Positions 13,066 to 23,662 of a stretch of DNA of 64,000 nt are shown here, one piece after another (the first letter of the stretch is position 1; every line of letters begins with the position of its first letter). Source of the DNA: Marsupella aquatica (Eukaryota > Plantae > Marchantiophyta); NCBI GenBank assembly GCA_973895155.1, contig OZ316896.1:6314166-6378165 (forward strand), given 5' to 3'. The translations under genes and the position numbers were made by a program. Below the pieces are notes generated by a model. The model was given only the letters and a program-made list of their open reading frames with translations, was not told where the DNA came from and did no database searches.

Positions 13066-13682
13066 ATCTCGGAGAGGCTCTCCGAGATAGTTGAAAAATG
13101 TGTCCGCAATTACGATGTCGAACACCCTCTCCCTTATGGGTAACATTGATCTCGGAGAGGCTCTCTGAGATAGGTAGGATCCATCTCGGAGAGCCTCTCT
13201 GAGATAGGTAGCATGGATCTCAGAGAGCCTCTCTGAGATAGGTAGGATCCATCTTGGAGAGCCTCTCTGAGATAGATAGCATGGATCTCGGAGAGCCTCT
13301 CTGAGTTAGGTAGCATGGATCTCGGAGAGCCTCTCTGAGATAGGTAGGATCCATCTTGGAGAGCCTCTCTGAGATAGGTAGCATGGATCTCGGAGAGCCT
13401 CTCTGAGATAGGTAGGATCCATCGCGGAGAGCCTCTATGAGATAGGTAGCATGGATCTAGGAGAGCCTCTCTGAGATAGGTAGGATCTCGGAGAGCCTAT
13501 CTGAGATAGGTAGCATGGATCTCAGAGAGCCTCTCTAAGATAGGTAGGATCCATCTTGGAGAGCCTCTCTGAGATAGGTAGCATGGATCTCGGAGAGCCT
13601 CTCTGAGATAGGTAGGATCCATCTCGGAGAGCCTCTCTGAGATAGATAGCATGGATCTCGGAGAGCCTCTCTGAGATAGGTA
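13066..13682. repeat. Palindrome array in intron 3 of the cargo gene, 34-bp period with alternating spacers
   Basis: Unit ATCTCGGAGAGCCTCTCTGAGAT plus AGGTAGGATCC or AGGTAGCATGG; about 17 copies; right arm reads CTG instead of CCG in almost all. Confidence 0.95.
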
Positions 13683-14499
13683 GGATTTTTAGGGTTTAGA
13701 GAGGTAGGACCAATGTCGGATTAGTTTAGCAATTAGTGTTGCTAACAAGTGCGAATCTATTTTGCATGATGTGACAGGCTCAATATCTGCATTTGGATAT
13801 ATTCGCCATGAAGGGTACAGAGGTGACCCTCCCAAAGATACATATGAAGCCAATTACTGGTGATTTGTGCCCAGGAAAGAGCAATGCTCTATCCAATTTT
13901 ACAAAGGAAGATGATGCAGTGAGAGACGAATTGGCCGGAACCTTATCGCCTGCAACCTTGCAATGCATCATAGAGCACATCACCAGTCCCGGCGATATCA
14001 TATTTTCTTGGAATGTCCACTTTGGTGCTATCTACAAAGCTACCAATAATTGTGGGCAACTAGTATTTGGGATGGAAGCGCATGACTACTTTGGTGAGTC
14101 AGCAGCTTCGGTGGTGTCAAAACTCCTTTCAACACAGCAGGGCAATCAGACCAAGGCGGAGGGCGAGGAGAGTAAGAAGGAGGAGGCCAAGGAGACTAAG
14201 AAGCCTGAAGGGCGGAAGAAGCTTGTCCTTGAGTCTGATTCAGAGGAGGATGCCGCAGAAGGCAAGGGTGGGAATGCTCAGGATTGTGAGTAAACGTTGA
14301 ATCCAAGAACCCATTTGTTGTTAGTTTGCAATTTACATTGTGCCATGGTGAGGATAAATAAAAATGTGAAGTTCCACATTATTATGGTATTACCTTAAAC
14401 TGTCTACTTAACCAATAGGCAGTTCACTACAGGAACATCGAGTCCGAACAATGGCACACATCGGACAAGGACAAAGTCCATGAAGCATGGGAGGAAGCA

Positions 14500-15531
14500 T
14501 TGAAAACTTTCTCTCCAGAAAGATTTTGCCTTCCAACTTACGCAGAAGGGATTGTTGATTCACGCCCCTTCAAACGGCTCAAGGGTGTAGCTGAGAAGTA
14601 CACAAAGAGGCGAAAATCAAGATTTGTAGATGATAGAGCAGTAGAGGTAGACTACAATGAAAGTGAGAGTGTCAGCAGTGATAGTGATAAGATAGCTCAC
14701 CCTTCTTTTGTGACCTATAGCTCAGATGAAGATGATGCCTAATGCCATGCTGTTCAATCCTATGCAGCACGTGGTGGGAATACCCAGATACCTGGGTTAT
14801 TTGCTGAAGTAGTCTGCTCTCAAGACTTTTCCGACATAGTATCCACATGTCTATCCACAGAGCTCCCAGACGAGGAAGTACTATTCAACTTTGTAGATTA
14901 CAAGTTGACTAGGGCGTCAATGAGATGCTTGTCTGAAGGAAGAACAGGAGCTCAATGGCTACATTCAGATATCATCGATGCATATTTGGCCTTGTTGCAG
15001 TTTAGGGGGAGATCAAGAGGCTATCCAAAGTGTGCATTTTTCATCACAGCATTCTACATGTTGCTCTCAACGCCCGTATACTGTTTTGCCAATGTTGCTC
15101 GATGGACCAAAACAGAAAACATATTTGATTATGACAGGATATTGGTCCCTATCCACCAGGCAAACAGGGAGCATTGGGTGTTGGCAGTGATTGATTTAAC
15201 TGGAAAAGAGGTGTTGTTCCTAGATTCACTTTGGGAGAAATCAGGAAACTTTTGGGAGGCTCGAAATGAGTATCTCATGTATACTCTAACAAGGTATGTC
15301 GAGGATGAAGCAAGTCAAAGAGGCATGCCCTCACCAGATGCAAACAACTGGCCTAGAACTTTAGTGTCAGGCCTTCCATCACAAGAAGATAGTGTAAATT
15401 GTGGGGTATTTATCCTTAACTATGCAGAGCGCATAAGTCGAGATGCTCCTATGGATTTTGATGGCAGCTAGGTAGGAAACTTGCGAAAGAAGATTATTTA
15501 TGACCTGTGCACATATCAGATAACAGAATAA
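14500..15531 (+). pseudogene. Ulp1/SENP-family (peptidase C48) SUMO protease carried by the MULE; 5' end uncertain
   Basis: WLHSDIIDAYL, ILVPIHQANREHWVLAVID, FLDSL and QEDSVNCGVF give the H-D-C triad plus oxyanion Q. ORFs at 14500 and 14905 share a frame across TAA 14740-14742, and the frame continues past TAG 15469-15471 as VGNLRKKIIYDL to TAA at 15531. Confidence 0.9.
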
Positions 15532-15654
15532 AGTAGTGGCCAACAGGGGTTAGCTTTAGAGAAGGTAGCAATGATGAAGTGTTGCTGTGTACACATTATA
15601 ATATATATGAAAAGTGAATGTGATGTGTATCACTTGCAAATTTTTTGTATTTGT

Positions 15655-16037
15655 ATGTCGGAGAGGCTCTTTGAGATGGTCTTAGAAATGGAATGGGAAA
15701 GTCAATGATGGTTTGCAAAGTGACTTGGTATCTCGGAGAGGCTCTCCGAGATGGTCAACAAAAATACTTGGTATCTCGGAGAGGCTCTCCGAGATGGCAA
15801 TGGAGTGACTTGGTATGTCGGAGAGGCTCTCTGACATGGTGAGCAAACAAACTACCATGTCTCCAACATACTCCTGGAAGTGTGTTGGGATCTCGGAGAG
15901 CCTCTCCAAGATTGCCAAAAACAATTGTTGCCATCTCAGAGAGGTCTCCGAGATTGCCAAAAAAATGGTAGGGATCTCGGAGAGCTCTCCGAGATTGCCA
16001 AAAAAAACTGTCGCCATCTCGGAGAGGTCTCCGAGAT
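15655..16037. repeat. Right subterminal palindrome array
   Basis: About 9 copies; outermost ATCTCGGAGAGGTCTCCGAGAT (16016-16037) is the exact reverse complement of the outermost left copy (2059-2080). Confidence 0.9.
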
Positions 16038-17016
16038 TAGAGAAAAAAAAGGGGGGTGACTAATATCAGTGACTGATAACTGATGGATTACCTCCCCACT
16101 CTGGGATAGATCGTTGTTAGGCCTGGTATCAGCTTTGAAGTCGAGTCAACTGTGCATGCGTAACTTGACGTTCTGAATTGGAGGTGTGAGATCTGCATGT
16201 GCCCCCAAGAATGAAGTGCAGTGAAGGAGGTTGAGTTCAGGATTGAGTTTGCAAGGCAAGTACGGGATTGGTTTGAGTCCAATCTGCCGTTGCAATCTGG
16301 AGTGAGCCGGGCTCAGGTTCAGGATTGAGCTTGCATGGCAAGCATGGGGCTTGCAGGGCAAGCACGTCACAATCTGGAGGAGACAGCCTTCGGCCCTAGT
16401 GTTTGGATCAAGTGTTCTCAGTGAACTATTGTGCACATCTTTGAATCTAATTGATTTTTCCTCTCAAGCCTCATTTCTCTCATGGATGTGTGTGTGTGTG
16501 AGGCAATCTGAGTGTATGATGGGACTAGCAGCGCCACTGAGAGGTGTACATGGTGCATTGAAGCGGGCTGGGTGAGGACTGTCATAGCTCTGATTGCTGA
16601 GAGTGGAATGGCAGAGTGGTGGGGCAATGGCTTAGAAGTCCCTAAGCCGGGAATCAGTCAGGAGTCACTGGTTTATGGGTACATTCCGGCGGTGGAATAG
16701 AAACATACCTATGACAGTAAGCATACATATAGACCTATGCGCACCGTAGCGCTAGGCCCTGTGGGTACGGGCCCGATATGAAGACCCCTTCTCACCAGAA
16801 CTATCATGAGCGCAGATCTGATCCCCAACCTTGGTTCTTTGGGATTGAGCTTGGGTGATGTGTGATAGAGTCTTGCTATGATAGTCTGGTGTTAAGGGCA
16901 TAAATTTGTGTTTCCCGACCTTCACAACATCCCTTCGTGATCCTCAAGTACAAGGAGATGGTTTTGGCACCCATAGTGACATTTTTGGTGTTAAGACCCA
17001 TGTCAATCGCGTGACA

Positions 17017-18826
17017 GCCGCCTCCTTCCCTTTAAGTTGACGGCGCTCTGCACTTGATTTATTTGCCACAGCGGTCGACGGTTCAGCCGTTGCGTCTTCT
17101 TCATCTTGCTTGTAACGTTTGTCTAGGGAAGTCAACCCGTCCTCCTTCCGTTCATCTTGAACTTGGGCTCTCCCCTTGGTGGGGGGAGCCTGCTTGCCAC
17201 TCTTTGCACGAGTGTTTTTAGCCATGTTCCTAGCGACCGAATCTGCCCGTAGTCGAACCGCCGGGCACGTTGAAACACTAAGTCCCCGCAAAAACCGTTA
17301 AGATTTTTGGATTCCGACTTGGCACAACCCCGACCCGGTGTCTATGCCAACAATCGCTCTGATACCACAAGTGGTGGACCTTGCCGCCCAACGCCCTCAC
17401 CAATCCCAGCACTTGCGCCTAAGTGCCCTTGATGCCCAAACGCCTCCACGAAATACCTCGAGCAAGCATCCAAGTGCCTCTAGCACCACCAGCGGCCACT
17501 CCCATACGAAGCCGCACTTGCTCACCTACACGACCGCTACTCAACGGTCCTCACTGTCTGCACAAACAACCAAGCACCTTGGTAAGTAACCCCTTCGGAT
17601 CTAGAACTTGCCAAGTCTAGCATCCTAACTCAATCTCAACAGACGTTGGTAAATAGGTCAGCGATAGGTCCTCCCGATGCCATAAGCCGGAACCAGAACC
17701 CACGCCCACTGTCCGTCCAGGATAGCTCCTTCCTTGGGCGCGGCCCGGGTTCCCCCTCGTACCTATCCATCACCAACTGACCGCCCTGACCTCAGGACAT
17801 ACTCATGGCCCAAATAGCGTAGCTTGTCCTAAAGCTTATCCCAAGCTTGTCTCAACACGTCGGGACCATAACAGCCCCGACTCTAACTCCGACTCCCGGT
17901 TTGCCCCACTGATGGTCTAGGGACCGAGCGCTCTTGGGACTCAGCCTCCATACCTACTTGGCCTTGCCTCCCCAACGCAAGCTCCCTTGGGAGACTGAAC
18001 GCGGCTTGGCTGCTGTTCGGCAGGATTTGGTACACGGACGAGCTAACACCCGCAAACCACGAGAACCCATGGCGCCCCCAGAGCTTTCCAATGCACCTAA
18101 GAAGTCCTCCAACGGACTTCCCGTTGGAAAGATATCGCCATTTTCGTTTGGCGGTTTCCCTTAGTGTCGCGACCGCCGCGGCTCACGACTTCGGCTCGCC
18201 CTTAGCCCCCAGGGAGACACCACTCCCCTCATATATGCTTCTGGAGACCTGCCACCCCCGGACCAGCTTTGGTCCCTAAACATTTGGCCCCCAACCCGGA
18301 TCCCATCGCGCATAACGGGCGCGCCACCAACTGGCAACGCCCATAACTTTCTTGATAGGCATCCGCAAGCGGAGTGCCTTAGCCCGTTGTGACTGGGCCG
18401 ACCCAGTGCTCATGCCTAGGCCCTCAGGTCTGATCGCCGCTCGGGGCCCCCGGCCGGCCCAACCCGGCTCGGGCCACAACTTGCGCCCCAAGCGTCCGTT
18501 GCCAATGGCATCAACTCCATTGGCCTTGGGCCCAAGAGGAGCTCACTCCCAAGCCCTCAGAACTCAAAGCCCATCCGATGGTCTGGACGGCCACCCTTGA
18601 GCCTGGCTCATTTCCCCTTGACTCAACCAGCCATAGGCTAGTCCAAGTCCTTAGTGTGTGTCCCCAGCTTGGCCCCTTGCCTCGCTAGTGCCACGTCTCA
18701 TTGCCCACAAGTTTCCCCATGCTAAGTCCTCCCCGGATGGCCTATCCGGGCCTGGACCATAAGGGAGCTCGGCGTCGGAGTCAGCGACGCCGGAGCTAAG
18801 TGTTAAGGTAGTCGAGTTCCGTGACT
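17017..18826 (-). mobile_element. Chromovirus copy 1: gag start, tRNA-iMet PBS (17356-17367) and 5' LTR (17370-18826)
   Basis: Matches 38778-40610; GCTCTGATACCA is the reverse complement of the PBS TGGTATCAGAGC; LTR runs AGT...ACT. Confidence 0.92.
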
Positions 18827-19869
18827 TGTTGTGGATAGTTTGATGTATGCAATGACATGCACTACACCTGACATTGCCCACGCAATTAGCATTTTGAGCA
18901 GATTTATGGCAAATCCTGGTAAGCTTCATTGGGAAGTAGGGAAGTGGGTTTTACGGTATCTGAAATGTACCTTAGATTGTGGAATCTTATTTGACGGTAA
19001 AGCATACTCTACATTAGAGTTGGAAGGTTTTGTAGATTCAGATTATGATGGTAACTTTAATAACAGAAAGTCTACTACAGGCTATGTGTTTAATATGTTG
19101 GGTGGAGGTTGTATCAGCTGGAAGTTGACAACTCAATCCTGTGTTGCATTGTCTACTACTGAGGCTGAGTACATGGCTGTCTGTGAGGCAACCAAGGAGC
19201 TGATCTGGCTATGAAGATTGGTGAGTGATCTGGGTCTTTCACTTGAAAGACCGGTGCTTCTATATGTCAGTCAAAGTGCTTTGCATCTGGCTAAGAACCC
19301 TGTGTTCCATGTCTAGACAAAGCACATTGATATTTGTTATCACTTCATCCGTGAGGTGATTGAGATGAAGCAGATGTCTCTGGAGAAAGCGGCTTTAGAG
19401 GAGAATGCCGCAGACATGCTTACCAAAGTTTTACCTACCAGTAGCTTTAGTCATTGTGTGGATATTACTAATGTTAGGGCCAAACCGGAGACTATGTAGA
19501 TATGTTACTTAGTTACATATTGTATATCACCTGACTCATTGTGTGAACTAGAGTCAAGGTGGAGATTGTTAGGAATTGACTCGAGTTCCCGACTTAGTTA
19601 GTTGGCCTTACTAAGGTTAGTTTACCCTGGATTACATTAGGATAAGATCCACTTAGTTTAGGCCCACACATCTTGGCCCCCTTGGGGGGTATAGGTTGGA
19701 GGGAGAGCATTCTCTCCTCATTCTTCACATGTACTCTCATTTGCTACGGAGCCCCCGACAGAGCCTTAAGGAGTTTCTCCACTCTGGGTGTCTTGTCGGT
19801 GTAGCGTCTGATTGAGTCTCTCTCATGTTTCCACATTGATGTCTAGTCTAGAGCCGACGGTTTCTTACA
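18827..19869 (+). mobile_element. Ty1/copia 3' remnant (RT end, RNase H, PPT, probable 3' LTR 19567-19869)
   Basis: SLMYAMTCTTPDI, GFVDSDYDG...RKSTTGYVF, VALSTTEAEYMA, KHIDICYHFIRE with stops; purine tract AAGGTGGAGAT followed by TGTTAGG at 19567. Confidence 0.85.
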
Positions 19870-19949
19870 TATCCAACTCAGCTTGCACACATGTTACCAT
19901 GCATCTTGTGAACATGGACCTTCCCCAAACAAAGATGCATGCAAATGTA

Positions 19950-20350
19950 CCCCAAGAATAGGATCTAAAATATTTTCATGCTCTGGTCTCAAAAATCTAC
20001 TAGCAACCATGACCATTGGCACCATGTCGCTCATCATAAAGACTCACAAGGAAGCCCTATCTATTCCCACGTACTTAATAAGGTCCTTCAAATCTGTACC
20101 TAGGATCAAGCATTATACACACCATATTATGTGCAACATCATGCTTTGGCAAAACAAAAGAAAGGATGGAGGAGTGCCAAAGCTTCATTTGCCATCCATG
20201 AATGAAGCATCTCTAGCACAGAGTCAAACTCTCCAAAAATAGTGCTTGGGAAAAACGATGTTATCCTTTCAATATCAACCGTCAAATCTATGCTCAATCC
20301 CATGGCTGCATGCAAAGCATCCAACAACTGCCAATACCCACATGAGTTTG
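19950..20350 (-). pseudogene. Possible degenerate hAT transposase fragment
   Basis: Minus-strand translation includes AHNMVCIMLDPRY, resembling the hAT 'LDPRFK' motif; heavily disrupted. Confidence 0.35.
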
Positions 20351-22596
20351 ATTCAAGATGCACTGAGTCACAATAGGGCTCCAAACTGGAAGTGCACTTT
20401 TGTACGGTTCCAAGCTAGCCCAAGGAGGGAGGCGCCTCCCCTCCACCCTCCTCAAACCCTTACACCTATGTGGTATGAGTTTTTGTCTTTTTGTGATAGT
20501 GACAGAGGGAGAGGCGCCTCCCGTACGTACTCCTTCCCCAAACCTTTACATGTACTCTAAGTACTTCTTCATAAATCAATACTTGGCCTATATCTCCCTC
20601 TATACAATCATGGCAGGTATAGGTATTGATAAAGGTTTAGCAAAATCTATACCTGCCAGGCTGGGTATAGAGGCGGATATAGGAAGAGCGGATACCTGCC
20701 AGGTAACTAAGGTATTACACAAGATATAGCCAAATTCCATATATTTCAGGTAAGATTTTGCAATACCTTACCTTTACCTGGATGCTATACCTTGCCAAGA
20801 TAGTATTGCCAAAACTTCTTGTCACACTTACAACCCAGGCCTTAATTCCGGGTTAACGTTATTTACGTGTTTATGTCCACCAGTAGGGGTGAGGTACTGG
20901 CAAGGAGGGGTGTAGTGGGATTTTTACTCATACCAGCCTAAGTCCGTATGTATAAAGATATCATACTTAGGTGTGTTTGGATTCCACTGCTAGAATGCAC
21001 CCACAATTAGTTACTCTGACTAACTCCTGTCTTTGGAGCATAAGTAGAGTGACCTAGAATTATTTGTAACTCTGTATATGATTACTCTATCATGTATGGC
21101 TACAACTTAGTTCTAGTTAACCTTGGTACATAAGGAAGACCTGGTTTTAGGTTTTATTTCTAGAACTTCCCGCTAAGTATTCATATGGTTAGCAGATGTT
21201 ACAATCATACCCCAAGACCAGAGTCAATGCCTGGGGAGTTTGTTAGGGTTAACTCTAGTCTTGGGTTAGTTTCTTGATACTTCAGCTGAATCGCTTTTAG
21301 GGTGTTAATGGCGATTAGCCGCAGCTCTTGCATCTAGCATATAGAGGGGCTAGGAAGAGCTCTTCTTGGAGACTCATGCTCATTGTTGAGGGAGCTAACT
21401 AGGTTGTGGGAGGAGAGCTTGTACTAGGACGCTTTGTGTCGCCATGGTGGCCAAAGCTTAGTAAAGTTTTTTTGTGTTTCCATGGACATAGCCTTGACAA
21501 AGGTGAACCACGTATCTCTTGGTGTCGGTGTGTGTATGCTTGTTGGTTATGCTCGTGTTTGTTTTGTGAGGGTTTTCCCAACACCTATCCTTCAAGTGAC
21601 TTTTTGATAATGAACCCGAGTTCCTCCTCACAAGCAAACACTTGCTTATGTATATCGTGTGCAACATGGCTAACCTAACCAAGTATGCAACTATGGTTAG
21701 CCTACTATGGCAGCTACAATTGTAACTCTAGACCTAAGAGTAAAATTAATGCATAACAAAGCATATACTTATATGGCTTCTATATGACCCACATGATGAT
21801 CAAAGGTTGGTATGAATGACTCTCTGAGTAGTCACTCACGTGTCTCATCAAAACATTCACACAAATTTAGTTGATTATGTGTAAGTAACATGGCACCCAT
21901 CGACCGAGAGTCACATATTTTCCAAAGTTTTTATGAAATCACTTATTGTAGGGTGTCAAAATAGGGTACATCTTCTTCTAATATGACTGTGCATGTCCCA
22001 ATGCTCACAGAAAACTTGAGTTTCCCAAGAGAATTCCATGTGTGGAAAAGAAAATGTGAGGCATTCAGTGCCATTGAGAACATTCAAGGCAACTTTATAA
22101 AATTGAGTAATTTTGCATAGATTGCAATTTGTGACAAATTTGTGTGAACTATCAAGACCAGATACTACATGTGGGTGTGTTTGTTAAGAGGAACAGATAC
22201 AAAATTTAACAATGACTAGGGGCTAATTGAATCAGAGACGGTCAACGTCATGGATAATATCCATCATTTTCCAAAAGTGTTTGTTTAGGCCAGCTTGAGA
22301 GATATAGCCTCTTTTGATCAAAAACAATATACCATTGTCGTTTAGGTCAATGTCGAGCATTTTTATTTTAAACAATTTTCTTTGGAGTATGTTTATTAGT
22401 GACTCATGGGTGGCTACTCATGCCATCAAGCATAGCAAAGTTTGCAAGGAACGTCTAACCAATCAACAATTCTAGCGAGGTGCTGTGGCAAGAGCTTACA
22501 ATTATCTCGGGCTGGACCCACTCTTGACGCTGGCAACACCATGTTGTCGTCTGAGTCAGGAGGCTGGGAGTCAAGAATTACAACTTCACAAGGCTA

Positions 22597-23662
22597 CTGT
22601 CTTCCCTCGAACACAACGCCTGGGCGCCGTGTTTGAATATGGTCAAAACAGGGACTTTAGGCAAAAAAGACATTTTCACTCAAACACAATGCCATAATAT
22701 TAACACAGCGCCCGGGCGTTGTGTTCGAAATTGACTTTGTGTTCGAAAATGTGCACATTCAAGTGACTATAGGAGAAAGGTAACCGGGTTGCAACTACTA
22801 TCCCTTACTTTAAAATCGTCCAACACATCCGCTCTTTCAACTTATGAAATCCATCGTCCTTTGAGAAATGTAAGCTAATTTCAAAATCCTTCATTCGCGG
22901 AGAAGTGTGCGCTGTTTCCAAAATGTTAAGCAGCAATCCGGAAGTATTGATATATTCTTCTACTATGTGAACTTTTGACAGACTTTCACATCAACCTCTG
23001 ACTGATGCCACTACATCTTGTCAAAGAAATCCATAGTGCCAACGTGCATAATTAGGTCTGACTACTCACTTTCTCTATTTTCAATTTTCCATTGCCTTCA
23101 AGATCAAGGCACTCAAATAGAAACAAAGAGTCTCACGAACATTCCACACTGCATGAAGAAAGATTAAATAATTATAGAAATAAGCAAATTGGCCACAATA
23201 AACCGAACAACTGTGAAAAGTGGACGAATATGTTTTACTAAGTGATAGTAGCACACTTGGTATGGATGGTTTGTCAGGTTTTTTCTCTATTGCAAATTTG
23301 ATTTCTCCCCTTGTGTAATTTCAATGGTTCAATTATTTAGCTACACATCCTTTGAATGAGCAAATATTGTTGGGAAGTAAAAAAACCAAAACTTGAACAC
23401 ACTCCTCTCTAATACACATAACTTTTATGCATATCATTCCTACTTACACTTTACATGCATCTCACAATGCCAAAATTCAAGCACATTACCTTAAATTTGA
23501 ACACAACGCCACATTTCAAACACAGCGCCACAAGTCCAAAAAATGAAAACATTGGTCAACTTCAAACTCGAACACAGCGCCCTGGGCGCTATATTCGAAT
23601 AGAGCGCCCCTTGGCTCACTATTTGAATATAGCACCCGGGCCTTGTGTTCGGGAGAAGACGG
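22597..23662. mobile_element. Non-autonomous Tc1/mariner-pogo-like TIR element (~1.07 kb)
   Basis: TA|CTGTCTTCCCTCGAACACAACGCCTGGGCGCCGTGTTTGAATA ... TATTTGAATATAGCACCCGGGCCTTGTGTTCGGGAGAAGACGG|TA; ~43-bp imperfect TIRs, TA flanks, subterminal AACACAGCGCC repeats. Confidence 0.7.

Larger units (their letters stand above)
9716..14293 (+). pseudogene. MULE cargo gene: N-terminal ParB/Srx-like domain, central unknown and acidic regions, C-terminal degenerate N6-adenine/N4-cytosine methyltransferase-like fold; exons 9716-10389, 10721-12000, 12109-13028, 13778-14293 (1129 codons, one in-frame TAA at 11151-11153)
   Basis: Three phase-consistent GT-AG introns join five ORFs into 3390 nt. FWVFDGNHRLNA matches the ParB/Srx DGxHR motif. 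CDMIFVQLG..., LADSLLTNDGFL and IIEHITSPGDIIFSWNVHFGAIYKATNNCGQLVFGME follow the order of beta-class MTase motifs IV, VI and X-I-II. Confidence 0.7.
1998..16099. mobile_element. Large Mutator-like DNA transposon (MULE), ~14.1 kb, three genes, probably inactivated
   Basis: Direct repeat TCTGGGATA at 1989-1997 and 16100-16108 (9-bp TSD; the match runs to 11 bp, so ends could shift by 2). Imperfect TIR core CATCAGTTATTAGTGACTGATATCAGTCACC (2012-2042) mirrors GGTGACTAATATCAGTGACTGATAACTGATG (16055-16085). G...C termini. MULE DDE plus SWIM transposase inside. Confidence 0.9.
488..17016. mobile_element. Solo LTR (~2.4 kb: 488-1997 plus 16109-17016) of a second retrotransposon family, split by the MULE
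   Basis: Starts TGTGACGCCGATGACATGG and ends CCATGTCAATCGCGTGACA (TG...CA, imperfect inverted ends). 5-bp TSD GCCGC at 483-487 and 17017-17021. No retrotransposon coding sequence inside. Confidence 0.8.

Noticed and set aside
12700-14100. Active DNA methyltransferase
   Set aside because: No recognisable (D/N/S)PP(Y/F) catalytic motif or FxGxG SAM-binding motif, and the gene has an upstream stop; only the fold is proposed.
2059-16037. CRISPR arrays (palindromic repeat plus spacer)
   Set aside because: Spacers are short and near-identical within each array rather than unique, no cas genes are present, and the context is an intron-containing eukaryotic transposon.
1998-16099. Zisupton/KDZ or CACTA classification, suggested by SWIM, Ulp1 and subterminal repeats
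   Set aside because: The 9-bp TSD, G...C ends and MULE-type D, D, xxFH, E motifs fit Mutator; there are no CACTA termini or 3-bp TSD.
17338-18600. Short ORFs repeated in the three chromovirus LTRs
   Set aside because: Frames are broken differently by indels in each LTR and show no domain motifs.
21241-21680. Possible solo LTR starting TGTTAGGG
   Set aside because: No convincing CA end or target-site duplication could be identified.
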